A stretch of 64,000 nucleotides of DNA from a virus. Location: the IMG/VR virus record IMGVR_UViG_3300035698_008372, positions 64,001 through 128,000 of that record; one strand, written 5' to 3'. The notes beneath the pieces are model-generated. The model was not told the origin of the DNA and ran no database searches. It saw only the letters and a program-made list of their open reading frames with translations. This document shows positions 1 to 11,156 of this stretch, in pieces (the first letter of the stretch is position 1; the number at the start of each line of letters is the position of its first letter). The translations under genes were made by a program, and so were the position numbers.

Positions 1-559
1 ATGTAATCAAATATGAAACCAAAGGTCATTGGGATTATTTATACGAAATTGAAATATTGGTAACAAAATAATGGCCAGCGATTTAAAAAATGAAATTGCC
101 CTCGCTGTTGGTAAAGAAAAAGGTCGAATTCTTCATAGTGATTATGTTAAAGAATTGAACAAAAGGCTGGAATTGATATCAAAGGGGACATTGGCACATA
201 AGGTGTGGGCAGCTATGTGGATGGATAATAAATTGCGAACCAATATGAAAAAAGATTTGAGCACCGAATATTACGATGGTACAGTGGATATGTGCAATAT
301 GATTTTAAGAGAATTTGACGAAGTATTTTTAGAAGAGGAATTCGTCACACAAGAGGAAGAATAATGAAATTAAAAGATTTACAGCCATACGATAGTTTGA
401 CATTTAGAAATAATAGAGTATATTTGACGTATGCCGGTTCTATTTGGGATACGCATAACGAAGATTTTACGTCAAAAAAGAACAGAAAATTTGACATTGT
501 TAGGGTTGAACGAAACGGGGAAATCCTATTCGAAGATGAGGAATATAAAAGGTTACACA

Positions 560-1504
560 ATGTTACTTAGTAGAAAAGAATTTGGGATGCAAGTATTTGA
601 GCGGGATATATCACTGTGCGTTATGTGTGGTGAAGAAGCCGTTGATGCACATCATATCATGGATAGAAAATTGTTCAAAGATGGTGGATATTACTTAGAC
701 AATGGGGCATCATTATGCTCCAAGCATCACATTGACGCTGAAAATGGAACTATTACACCCGCTGAATTGCGTGAAATTATTGGTATCAAAACGGCAGTTC
801 TACCCAATGGAACCTATGACCCAAGAGTAGATTATGATAAGTGGGGCAATACACAAAAATATTTCAAGTACCCACGCACATATCATTTCCCTTGGTCAGA
901 GGGGCTACAGAATGATGATAAGATGATGCAGAATCCCAATCAATTTGTTGGTAAAGAAGTAGTGGTCACTATCAAAATGGATGGTGAAAATACTACAATG
1001 TATAATGATTATATTCATGCTCGGTCATTGGATAGTCGGCATCACGCTAGCCGCAATTATGTTAAGGGAATCCATGGGTCGATTAAATACAGAATTCCAG
1101 CGGGTTGGCGAATATGTGGTGAGAATTTGTACGCGGAACATGCGATAAAATACAAAAATTTGGACAATTATTTTCAGGTGTTTTCTATATGGCAGGCCGA
1201 TAATATTTGTTTGTCGTGGAAAGCAGCCCAACATTACGCGGTGGACGCCGGACTAATGCCGGTTAGCACCATATATGAAGGTATATATGACGAAGCTTTA
1301 ATTCGTGAATTGGGTGATGAAATAATGGTAAATGGGTTCAATGGTGATCCAGTTGAAGGTTATGTTGTTAGACTGGCCGACCGATTCCATTACGATGATT
1401 TTGCCGATTCTATGGGAAAATGTGTACGAGCGGGACATGTTGGTGCAACTGATGATCATTGGATGAGCCAATGGAATGAATCAATGGTAAATAAATTAGG
1501 TTAA
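560..1504 (+). CDS. HNH domain fused to an ATP-dependent RNA ligase (Rnl2-like)
   Basis: N-terminal VFERD..CVMC..DAHHI..NGASLCSKHH (HNH). C-terminal KYPRTYH, KMDGEN (KxDG motif I), GENLYA, EGYVVR. ATG 560 preferred over 431. Confidence 0.8.
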   Translation: MLLSRKEFGMQVFERDISLCVMCGEEAVDAHHIMDRKLFKDGGYYLDNGASLCSKHHIDAENGTITPAELREIIGIKTAVLPNGTYDPRVDYDKWGNTQKYFKYPRTYHFPWSEGLQNDDKMMQNPNQFVGKEVVVTIKMDGENTTMYNDYIHARSLDSRHHASRNYVKGIHGSIKYRIPAGWRICGENLYAEHAIKYKNLDNYFQVFSIWQADNICLSWKAAQHYAVDAGLMPVSTIYEGIYDEALIRELGDEIMVNGFNGDPVEGYVVRLADRFHYDDFADSMGKCVRAGHVGATDDHWMSQWNESMVNKLG

Positions 1505-1518
1505 TTGCAAAATAACGG

Positions 1519-1547
1519 TTGACTTTGTCATTTTTATCTTGTATCTT
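1519..1547 (+). promoter_or_regulatory. sigma70-type early promoter (TTGACT-17-TATCTT)
   Basis: One of 7 copies of TTGAC(T/A)TTGTC...ATCTTGTAT(C/A)TT, each upstream of a gene start. Confidence 0.85.
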
Positions 1548-1813
1548 CTAGTATGATAAGAGAGGAACACATGACAAAAGAAGAATTAGAAATTTTAGAG
1601 GATGTCTTTAGGACACCTTATTCCCGTTTAGTGGAAATGGATGACTTTGTTAAATTTCCAAAGGGTGCCACCATATTTTTAAGTGGCATGGTTCACTGTC
1701 CATATACATTGACATTAACACCCAAAAGGGTTTTTGTTGACATGAAAATGGACAATTTTCAAAAAATGCAATTCGATAAAATATTACCAACTTTTAATTG
1801 GAAAATGATTTAA

Positions 1814-2527
1814 ATGGCAAATGTAGAACGACAAGACTTTGATAAGTTACAGGAATTTTTGAATACCAATCTGGTGTATCTGTTTAGGAACAGCAGATAT
1901 ATTTCGATTAAGATTGAAAGGGTTCACGACCATTCAATTACTATACTCGGAAACAACATCACCAGCCAATCTGGTCTAACCAACCAAATGCGTATTAGGA
2001 TTACAAGAGATTATGTTGATTCTAATATATCTCCTGGTAGATTTGCATATAACCCAAGTGGAATGTATCTGGGTCACAAAGAGGGTCGGGAACGAAAATT
2101 GGGTAAATTCAAGAAAATTCTACAAGTATCCAATGATCACATGAAAACTTATGAAAATGGGGTTCGTGAAAAACTGGCAGATTTTAATAGGGAAGCTGAT
2201 CATAACACTCTAATGGAGAATGAATTTTCCCGTCATTTTGAGGTTGCCACTTCGGGAGCTCGTGGAGGGAAATTGATCAGTAGGAATTATCAGTATGAAC
2301 CAAAACGCTGGGGCAGACCCAGTGATGAAGTTGAACAATTACCATTGGTTTCATTCAGAAAAAATGAAGATGAAACATATACAATTAATAGGGATTCGGG
2401 ATTCTTTGTGAATCCAGAAGAATTCCAATTCAACGCCCGACATCTCAAGGAATTGGGTGAATTTTTAGAACGAGTCCTTTTTGATAAGGAACACATGACA
2501 GAATTATTGGAGGAAGATGATGATTGA
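1814..2527 (+). CDS. hypothetical protein (ends on TGA)
   Basis: 237-aa ORF in an early operon; no motif recognised. Confidence 0.7.
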   Translation: MANVERQDFDKLQEFLNTNLVYLFRNSRYISIKIERVHDHSITILGNNITSQSGLTNQMRIRITRDYVDSNISPGRFAYNPSGMYLGHKEGRERKLGKFKKILQVSNDHMKTYENGVREKLADFNREADHNTLMENEFSRHFEVATSGARGGKLISRNYQYEPKRWGRPSDEVEQLPLVSFRKNEDETYTINRDSGFFVNPEEFQFNARHLKELGEFLERVLFDKEHMTELLEEDDD

Positions 2528-3038
2528 GGGAGCACGGAAATACGCGATACTTAGGCACAACAAAGCCAACCAGACCTATGATGGTAAACCATACGAAACT
2601 CATCTGAGTGAAGTTGTAAACGTGGTTGAAGAATATAAACATTTAATTCGGGGATTCCACGAACGGTACGAACATCTGATTTCGGCCGCATGGAACCACG
2701 ACGTAATTGAAGATACCGATACCAGTTATGGTGACTTGGAAAAGGAAATTGGAACCACTGTTGCCGATTTGGTGTATAGAGTCACCAACGAATTGGGCAA
2801 AAACAGAATCGAAAGGGGAATGAAAACATACCCCAAAACACGAGAGAGTGATGCCGCAATATTCCTGAAATTATCGGATAGGATTGCGAACACCAGACGT
2901 TCCAAGCGGAACGGCCATAGAATGTTTAAGGCATACATTAAAGAGTACCCAACATTCAGATACGCTTTGAAAAAGGGTCATCTGTTTGATGAGATGTGGG
3001 CACATCTTGACGAACTATATGGATACGAGGAATCTTAA
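2517..3038 (+). CDS. HD-domain (p)ppGpp hydrolase-like protein (small alarmone hydrolase/Mesh1 type)
   Basis: H..Q.YDGKPY.TH, AAWNHDVIEDT, LKLSDRIAN match RelA/SpoT hydrolase motifs. Confidence 0.8.
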   Translation: MMIEGARKYAILRHNKANQTYDGKPYETHLSEVVNVVEEYKHLIRGFHERYEHLISAAWNHDVIEDTDTSYGDLEKEIGTTVADLVYRVTNELGKNRIERGMKTYPKTRESDAAIFLKLSDRIANTRRSKRNGHRMFKAYIKEYPTFRYALKKGHLFDEMWAHLDELYGYEES

Positions 3039-3359
3039 AATGGAACCTATTGAAGTGGAAGTGATGTACCACGAGCCACCAATTTATAAGTATATCCCCA
3101 AGACTACAGAACGGCTGCAAGACGAAACGTGGTATCCTGAATTTCATGAATTTTGTGAATGGGCCGCATTTGAAGATTGGTGGAATTATAAGATACTGCC
3201 CGACACGGACGAAATCAGAGAATTGTATTTGATGTTCTATGAAGATTTGAATGATGAAAAATTTGATGGTGATATGGACAGATTGCAATCGTATTGTGAA
3301 TATGAATTACTTGCTATTCCGGGTCTAATTGAAGTTTATAAAGAATTTGGGAATGGATA

Positions 3360-4028
3360 ATGAGAAAAATTAGTAAAATGATTTGTGAACAATGTGGATC
3401 AAATGATGTAAATTTTATAATCGAACATCCAGATTATGATGGATTAATTGAAGTGGATAAAAACGGGAATTTATTTGATTCGGGGCAAATTTTGCATCGC
3501 TCCATAGATGATCTTAACCTAAATAGTTTCGAATTCATTGATGGGGAATGTTTGGATTGTGGGGATTTTAACACTGTTATGGTGTACTTTGAAGACGGTG
3601 TGTTTGAAAAGGATGAAAAGGCTTTTATGCATTTTACCGAATTGGGCACATCCACTAGAACGGAAACAAAATTAACTAAAATTGAAGACATCAATGTTGG
3701 GGACATTTATTTTAATGTCGGGGATACAATCAATGGCGATTTTTCAATTCAACTCATCCAGGTGGAAAAGAAAGCGGTTAGAAGTTTTACTGGTCGGAGA
3801 TATCTATTTTTCTCCAAATTTGCCGAATTGGGGGCGATGAAATATGAAAATGATCAAGTTCGGAGTAAATGTTTTAAAGATGAATTGTGGTTACCGGCTA
3901 CCAATGAACATCTAATGGCGTTTGAAATGTTGGAATTATTGGCATTTCCAAATGGTGAAGTAACATTTGAATCGGCCAAATTGAAAATTCAATCAGCTGG
4001 AGTTGACTATGAAGGATTATTTGGATAA
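3360..4028 (+). CDS. hypothetical protein with Zn-ribbon CxxC pairs
   Basis: CEQC and CLDC; TAATG coupling to both neighbours. Confidence 0.6.
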   Translation: MRKISKMICEQCGSNDVNFIIEHPDYDGLIEVDKNGNLFDSGQILHRSIDDLNLNSFEFIDGECLDCGDFNTVMVYFEDGVFEKDEKAFMHFTELGTSTRTETKLTKIEDINVGDIYFNVGDTINGDFSIQLIQVEKKAVRSFTGRRYLFFSKFAELGAMKYENDQVRSKCFKDELWLPATNEHLMAFEMLELLAFPNGEVTFESAKLKIQSAGVDYEGLFG

Positions 4029-4369
4029 TGAGAAAAATCCCCGAAATATTGAAAAAGAAGAGAATTCATTCGTCAAATCATTATGGTCAATATAGGGATA
4101 TTCACGTTCTAGGTGGTGTATGGAAATGGTGTAAGCGTGGCAGTACGATTATGATTGTATCTCCAGCTTGGAAGAAATACACTATTTCTGAATCAGATTT
4201 CACTGGTATATCACACGAAGAACTAAGCCGAGGGGCATACAAGGGGTACTACGTTGGCATAGATCCCGCTCAGGTTAAACGATACATAATGAATACTATT
4301 TGGGGCACTGAGTATCCCCAGAAAATTAATATAAAATATGAAAAAGATAAGGAATGGGAATAATAAAGC

Positions 4370-4398
4370 TTGACTTTCTCATAAATATCTTGTATATT
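4370..4398 (+). promoter_or_regulatory. sigma70-type early promoter; likely leaderless start at ATG 4404
   Basis: TTGACT-17-TATATT; ATG 5 nt after the -10 box with no SD. Confidence 0.8.
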
Positions 4399-5098
4399 AT
4401 AGTATGAATAAGAATGACATTATTGGAGAATTGCTTAGAATATTAATTCAGGCCACTATTGAATATGTGGATTCGGTTGAAAAGGAGCTATTTGATTTCG
4501 AAGATAGTAACGATTTACTGTCGGATACCATAACTGATATGGAAGAAGAAAATGAAGATTTACGTGAACAACTGAATGAAGTTTTACATGAATTGGAAAT
4601 ACGGGACATGGATATGAGAAATATATTGGATGATGACAATGAATAAAAAGGACATAATTGCGCGATTAAAAGATTTGAGCCGATTCGATATGGCAGCTGA
4701 AATTGATCCCTACAGTGATCGCATCGGCGGATATTCAACATGGGTTGAAAAAGACCGTTATGAGTTTGGGGATTATGTGGAATGGGATGATATTGCCATT
4801 CTCATAAAAGAGCTGGAAAATGATACAATTTTGGAGTATGACAATGAAACCGATTAATATATTAAATGAACCAATAAAAGTGTATCATGCAAATTTACTG
4901 GAATCTGATGACAATTCAATGTATAGGCGTGAATGCCCATTTTGTGAAATTGGGTTATTTATGGTAAGGCGTGATAATGAAACATTTGTATTGGAAGATA
5001 CTGATAATTGTATTTCATGTGGACAACAGGTGATTTACATGGATATTGACAAAATGAGAGCTAAAGAAAATTTCGAAGAATTAAAGGATGTGGAATAA

Positions 5099-6040
5099 AT
5101 GAAAACATTAATTATTGTTAGGGGAGTACCAGGTTGTGGTAAGTCCACCTATGCAAAGGAATTGGTTCGAAAGGACCCACAGAATTGGCTTCGCGTTAAC
5201 CGAGACGATTTCAGGACGATGGCAAATGCCGGAGTATATTCTGAAGTATTTGAAATGGTTATCCAAGATACAGTTATGGCGATGGCTCGTAAGGCCCTAC
5301 AAAAAGGGTTGAATGTGGTTACTGATGACACCAACTTAAAAGGTAAAACCGTATCACAATGGCACAGACTTGCACAGAGTGTGGGTGATGTTGAAGTGAT
5401 AGAAAAATATATTGATGTGGAGCTGAAAACTGCGTTACATCGTAACGCTACTCGACCGTCTGAAGATCAGGTGCCAGAGGGAGTGGTTAAGAAATTTTTC
5501 ACCAAATACATCAACAAGAATCTTAAAGTGACTCCAAAATCATATTGCCCACCAGTGGATAATCCAATGTTCACCAATATTCAGGATCAGAGTTTGCCAC
5601 AAGCAATCGTATGTGACTTGGATGGGACATTGGCAAAGATGGTTGCTAGGGGCCCATACGATTGGGACAAGGTGGATACTGATGCAGTGAATAGCCCAGT
5701 ACGCCACGTATTGGATACATACGGATATTCGAACATGATGCTCAATGAAGATGACGAAGACGAACACGTTGAAATCATTCTATTCTCGGCACGCGATGGT
5801 TCTTCCCGTGATTTGACTGAATCTTGGCTGCGTACACATAACATCCATTATAACCAGTTGATTATGCGTGAAGCGGGTGATATGCGTAAAGACAGTACGG
5901 TTAAAAAAGAAATGTATGAACAATTTCTTGAGGACAAGTATAATATCCTATTTGTTCTAGATGACAGAGATTCCGTGGTCGAATTATGGCGAAACGAAAT
6001 TGGGGTTCCGTGTTTTCAGGTCGACTACGGTAATTTTTAG
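5099..6040 (+). CDS. pseT: polynucleotide 5'-kinase/3'-phosphatase (T4 PseT-like)
   Basis: GVPGCGKST P-loop, NRDDFR, DDTNL; HAD motif CDLDGTL; DDRDSVV...CFQVDYGNF. Confidence 0.93.
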   Translation: MKTLIIVRGVPGCGKSTYAKELVRKDPQNWLRVNRDDFRTMANAGVYSEVFEMVIQDTVMAMARKALQKGLNVVTDDTNLKGKTVSQWHRLAQSVGDVEVIEKYIDVELKTALHRNATRPSEDQVPEGVVKKFFTKYINKNLKVTPKSYCPPVDNPMFTNIQDQSLPQAIVCDLDGTLAKMVARGPYDWDKVDTDAVNSPVRHVLDTYGYSNMMLNEDDEDEHVEIILFSARDGSSRDLTESWLRTHNIHYNQLIMREAGDMRKDSTVKKEMYEQFLEDKYNILFVLDDRDSVVELWRNEIGVPCFQVDYGNF

Positions 6041-6285
6041 CAGAAAGGTTAAGAAATGAAAATTAATACGGAACACATGAGAAAATTAATGGAAGCGTAT
6101 AATATCGCCGCGAAGGGTGATGATCCATATAAACATTATGCGGCCGTAGTTACACTGCGAAAAGAAATTCAGGGGTTTGAACGGACTCTTGAAATCTATG
6201 AGAAACACATCCATGCAAATATGTTTGCACAGTTGGAAAAAGACTTGCTCAAAGGAAATTAATTTCAAAAAAGCGAAAATAACGG

Positions 6286-6314
6286 TTGACTTTGTCGTTT
6301 TTATCTTGTATCTT
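6286..6314 (+). promoter_or_regulatory. sigma70-type early promoter
   Basis: TTGACT-17-TATCTT, near-identical to the 1519 copy. Confidence 0.85.
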
Positions 6315-7485
6315 GAGGTATGATAAGAGAGGACAATCAAATGCATAAAAGTGAAAGAGTCGAATTATTGACTAACGCCCAAGACTTAATTAATGAGGCC
6401 ATCGGCCTAATTGAAGAGGCAGTAAGCGGTACAGAAAACGATATGTCTGCACAGGCATATATTATAGCACACTTGAATAACTGGGCAAATGGTGGAAACC
6501 CATGCGACGAGACAATCCCAGTATTAATTGAAGAAATTGAGGAAAATTAAGATGAGTAAATATTGGTGGGACTTTGAGGGTCCAGATACGGTTATAGTTG
6601 AGAGTGAAAATTCAAATGTACCATTGGCCGAATTTGAATACGATTATATGGGTGGTGATGGAGAAATAATGACACATCCAGACGGCACACAATCTCGTCA
6701 GGGGTGTGCATCGGCCGCAATCGAGTTGGCAGAACAATTTATTAACGATTTAGAAGGACAGAATTAAAATGACATTGCAAGAATTTATTGACGACAACAG
6801 AGCTGAACTCGACTCGGGCATCCGAGCGGCTATAGGTCAACCAAATTTTGATCTTGACGACGACGAACGTGAGTTGTGGATTATGAATGACGAAGGCCTT
6901 TACAACTGGGCTCTATCAGAAGGTGTAGAGGAAATCTAAGATGTCAACCAATCAACTCAAAAAAATGGTGGAAGTCGATTTCGAAAGACATGCTTGTGAT
7001 TTTTGCAATCATTATGTTGAATATGGACCCAACCACGACCATTTCAATTCCAGCGGAGAAACTTTGATATGGGGCGAATCTCAACCGATTTTTATTGACA
7101 AGTGTGCTATTTGTGAAAATGATTTTTGCAACGATCACAAAGGAGTTGAATATTCCGAAGATGGTTCAATTTGCCACAAATGTGCCGAAACATACCAATT
7201 CGATATCAGTGGGGTGTCATTTATTAATATCAAAACTGGTGAAAAAGCCGGAAGCTTCAACCTATAGGGGTGGAATTATGGAAATCACACTGACTCCAGA
7301 AAATGTAAATGACTACCATCTGAATTATCGGAATGGTGTATTACATGCAAATATAATGAGACTGGTTGAAGCTGGAAAATCGGTCGATATTGAAGTGGAA
7401 ATTCAGACCAATGCCCAATTCTTGGTAGTTAATTATGGGGGCAATATTAACTAAAATAATTAAAAAAATAGTAAGATTTTTTTTC

Positions 7486-7517
7486 AAAACACCCAAAATA
7501 AAAGGGTGTTTTTCTTT
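7486..7517 (+). terminator. intrinsic terminator closing the early block
   Basis: AAAACACCC-loop-GGGTGTTTT followed by T-rich tract. Confidence 0.6.
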
Positions 7518-7623
7518 GCCTGCTTACTATATATTAATGTGAAAAGAAACACAGGTTGTATGAATTAAATATAACTAATTAAACATTAACGAATGAGCAT
7601 TTAAACACTTAGGAGAAACAAAA

Positions 7624-8388
7624 ATGGCCGATATTAATGCATTAAAAAAACGTCTAGAACAGCTAGAATCAACAAATCACCGTGTAAACAACCTCTGGAA
7701 ACCATCTTCCGGAAAAACCCAAATCAGACTCGTACCTTATAAAATGGATCATGATAATCCATTCATTGAGTTACTTTTTCATTATGACTTAGGTGGCAAG
7801 AACTACTTGTCTCCACTGTCATTTCAGAGACCCGATCCAATCGAGGAATTCTCTAAGAAGCTGCGGGCTTCAGGAGATTCAGAAGGTTGGAAACTGTCTA
7901 AGAAACTTAGTGCTAAGATGAGAACTTATGTTCCAATCGTGGTACGTGGTGAAGAAGATCAGGGTGTAAAATTCTGGGGTTTTGGAAAAACAGTTTACCA
8001 AGAACTGCTCGGATTCATGTCTGACCCAGACTACGGTGACATTACCGACCCAACAAGTGGTCGTGATGTAGTCGTGGAATTCAAAACCGCGGAAGAAGTC
8101 GGTGCGAGTTTTCCAAAAACTAACATTCGCGTTAAGCCAAATGTTACACCATTAACCGCCAATAAGGCACAACTGGATAACTTCTTGGAAAATCAAAAAG
8201 ATGTCCGCGAAATTTATCAGGAACTTTCTTATGATGATTTGGCAGAGGCTCTCAATGATTACCTTAGCCCAGATGCAGAGGAAGAATCTGATACAGCCGG
8301 AGACGGTATGACAAAATCTCAAATGCAGGAACATGTTGAAACTGCTTCCATTGATAATTTCGATGACATTTTTAACAAGAAAAACTAA
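7624..8388 (+). CDS. single-stranded DNA-binding protein (gp32-like)
   Basis: LWKP..G...IRLVP, NPFIELLFHY, KFWGFGKTVY, DITDP..GRD, acidic tail; SD AGGAG. Confidence 0.85.
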   Translation: MADINALKKRLEQLESTNHRVNNLWKPSSGKTQIRLVPYKMDHDNPFIELLFHYDLGGKNYLSPLSFQRPDPIEEFSKKLRASGDSEGWKLSKKLSAKMRTYVPIVVRGEEDQGVKFWGFGKTVYQELLGFMSDPDYGDITDPTSGRDVVVEFKTAEEVGASFPKTNIRVKPNVTPLTANKAQLDNFLENQKDVREIYQELSYDDLAEALNDYLSPDAEEESDTAGDGMTKSQMQEHVETASIDNFDDIFNKKN

Positions 8389-8402
8389 ATAATAAACGAT
8401 AC

Positions 8403-8434
8403 GGGGAGACTTCACAGTCTCCCCATATTATTTT
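8403..8434 (+). terminator. hairpin/terminator after gp32
   Basis: GGGGAGAC-TTCACA-GTCTCCCC then T-rich. Confidence 0.7.
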
Positions 8435-8445
8435 AGGAGACGCAA

Positions 8446-9564
8446 ATGAGAGATAGAGACGAATTAGCCTCAATGATCGCGGATTCGATTAACAAATCAT
8501 CCGCCGAAAAATCCGCTTTCTTTTTAGATAGCGAAGAATCACCCACAGATGTAACGGATTGAATTTCCACTGGATCATCAGAACTAGATTTAGCGATATC
8601 AAATATGCCCAACGGGGGAATACCCGTGGGTAGAATCACTGAATTTAATGGATTGGAAGGTACTGGCAAAAGTCTTGTCGGTGCTCACATCTTGGCTAAC
8701 GCCCAGCGTAAAGGTGGGGTGGCCATATACATTGATACTGAAACTTCAGTTAGCCCACAATTTTTGACAGCCATTGGAGTGGATGTTAAGAACATGATTT
8801 ATGATCATGTGGAAACAGTTGAAGAGATTTTTGAACACATTGAAAATATTGTGACAAAGGTTAGGGAACAAGATAAGGGCAGACTGGTTACAATTCTTGT
8901 GGACAGTATAGCCGCAGCCAGTACAAAGGTTGAAATGGAAGCCGATTTTGATAAGGATGGTTGGGCAACAAGCAAAGCCATTATTATCTCAAAGGCTATG
9001 AGAAAAATCACACAAATGATTGGTAAACAACGTGTCGCATTGGTTTTCACAAATCAATTGAGGCAGAAGTTGGGTGCAATGTTTGGTGACCAATGGACTA
9101 CTTCTGGTGGAAAGGCATTGCCATTCCATGCATCAGTTAGAGTTAGATTAAAGAACGCTGGCCGAATAAAGGTTGGTACTGGTACAAAAGAACAGGTCGT
9201 TGGAATGAAAATTAAAGCACAGGTAATCAAGAATAGAATGGGTCCGCCTCTGAGGCAGGCCGAATTCAACCTAAGTTTCGCTTCTGGAATTGATGACATT
9301 GGGAGCTGGATAAGAATTTTATCCGCTCATAAGATTGTCAAACAGGCCGGAGCTTGGTACACCATCGAGTACGAGGATAAAGAAATAAAATTTCAGGCAA
9401 AGAAATTTGAAGAGGTTTTAGAGAAAAATCCCAAATTGGAAAAATATCTATACGATCAAATATGTGAAAAAACCATATTGAAATACAGAAATTCTCCAGA
9501 CGAGCCGGTGGTATTGGATGCCGAAGTGGAAGAAATTGAAGAGATGTTGGAAGACGACAGTTAA
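8446..9564 (+). CDS. recA: RecA/UvsX recombinase, with in-frame UGA(Trp) at 8560
   Basis: SD AGGAG + ATG 8446; reads PTDVTD*ISTGSSELDLAIS into GRITEFNGLEGTGKS, IDTE, VDSIAA, FTNQLR, TSGGKALPFHASVR. Confidence 0.93.
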
Positions 9565-9665
9565 TCTTCATCGGACTTGGGGCATTTTTGCTTTTTAGGT
9601 TGTTACTCCAAAATACATACATAAATATTAGAAGTTAAGAATGCCCCTTTTTTAGAAAGGTGTAA

Positions 9666-10739
9666 ATGAACAATAAAACATTACAACGGATACTGGATCA
9701 AGTTCAGAAGGAACATGACAATGCAGATGATCTGGAATATAATAGCAACGTGTTGATAGTCGATGGACTAAATACATTTATCAGGGCCTTTTCGGCCGTA
9801 CCCATGACAAATACAAATGGGGCTCATGTCGGTGGAATCATCGGATTTTTGAGGTCTATAGCATATACTGTCAAAACATTAAATCCCACTCGGCTGATAA
9901 TCACATTTGATGGCAAGGGTGGTTCGGTGCGCCGTAGAGAATTGTATCCAGAATACAAAGGAAAACGGAAAGTATCAAAATTAAATAGAGCGGATGCATT
10001 CAGTACCGCTGAGGACGAACATCAGTCGATGATGGAGCAGTTGAAAAAGACTGTTGATTATTTGGGGACACTTCCGTTATCACTGATTACGGTGGAGAAT
10101 ATTGAGGCTGATGACACAATGGCATATATTGCCAAGCAGGTTTTGACTGATAGTAAAATCACATTAATGAGCACTGACAAAGATTTTCTACAACTTGTAA
10201 ATGATAGAATATCGGTGTGGTCACCTACCAAAAAAATACTCTATACTCCAGAGGTAATCAGGGCTGAATATCAAATACCACCAAATAATTTCCTAGCATA
10301 TAGGATTATGGAAGGTGATGTATCTGATAATATTCCAGGTGTCGGTGGAGCCAAAATCAAAACAATCATAAAGAGATTCCCAGATGTATTGGATGATTCA
10401 AAGAAATTGAATGTTGATGATTTGATAGAATATGCTAAGGGTCAAGACACCAAATTGAAAGTGTATGACAATGTTATTAATAACAAAGAGCTATTGGAAT
10501 TGAATTGGAAATTGATGCAACTGGATGAGGTGGTTATTAGTAATACCGCCAAATTTCATATACTGAGTGTGGTCGATAGGGATCAACAAACCAAGTTTAA
10601 TAAATTACAATTTGAGAAAATGTTTATTAGAGACCAACTGCACCAATCCATACCCAATCTGGAAACATGGTTAAACCAGTCCTTTTTAACATTGGACAAA
10701 TTCGTGCGAGAACATAATGGGAAGAAAAAAGAAGTATAA
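9666..10739 (+). CDS. 5'-3' exonuclease / flap endonuclease (PolI N-terminal, T4 RNase H-like)
   Basis: IVDGLN, FDGKG, YPEYKG.R, EADD, STDKDFLQL, GDVSDNIPGV. Confidence 0.92.
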   Translation: MNNKTLQRILDQVQKEHDNADDLEYNSNVLIVDGLNTFIRAFSAVPMTNTNGAHVGGIIGFLRSIAYTVKTLNPTRLIITFDGKGGSVRRRELYPEYKGKRKVSKLNRADAFSTAEDEHQSMMEQLKKTVDYLGTLPLSLITVENIEADDTMAYIAKQVLTDSKITLMSTDKDFLQLVNDRISVWSPTKKILYTPEVIRAEYQIPPNNFLAYRIMEGDVSDNIPGVGGAKIKTIIKRFPDVLDDSKKLNVDDLIEYAKGQDTKLKVYDNVINNKELLELNWKLMQLDEVVISNTAKFHILSVVDRDQQTKFNKLQFEKMFIRDQLHQSIPNLETWLNQSFLTLDKFVREHNGKKKEV

Positions 10740-10896
10740 TACAGTAGAAGAACGTAAAGAGGCACAGAGGAAATGGCAAGCCGATCATTACGAACGCAAT
10801 AAAAAGGAAATATTGAAGAGGGCTAGAGATGCCTATCGCAAGAAAAAGATTGAAAAAGCCAAGCGCGAACGAATGAAAAAATTGTATGATGAATAG
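10717..10896 (+). CDS. small basic protein
   Basis: MGRKKKYNTVEERKEAQRKWQ...; 59 aa, below track cutoff. Confidence 0.55.
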   Translation: MGRKKKYNTVEERKEAQRKWQADHYERNKKEILKRARDAYRKKKIEKAKRERMKKLYDE

Positions 10897-10958
10897 GAAA
10901 AATAAATCAATATGTTACAAAATATATCAGCGTTTTTCGCCATATATACGATATCTAT

Positions 10959-11156
10959 ATGTACGGAAAAGCTTGATTAATTAAAGGGTTGGGATATTGG
11001 GTTGACTTTTATAGCCCATCAAAAAATATAGTGATCGAATACTATGAAAAAAAACATCTAAAACAAATAAAACGGGATGTGAGAAGAAAAATGGAAATTA
11101 TAAGTTATATGGATTGTGAATTTATAGAAATTAGAGAATGGGAAAATGGTAGATAG
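10959..11156 (+). pseudogene. remnant of a Vsr/DUF559-like homing endonuclease (UGA at 10974)
   Basis: LGYWVDFYSPSKNIVIEYYEKKH..RD.RRK.EII....CEFIEIRE resembles the C-terminus of ORF 21243-22082; N-terminal part missing. Confidence 0.65.

Noticed and set aside
8560-8562. UGA as selenocysteine or glycine (code 25)
   Set aside because: Contexts fit aromatic residues, not catalytic Cys or Gly; I saw no SECIS-like hairpins; needs alignment to be final.
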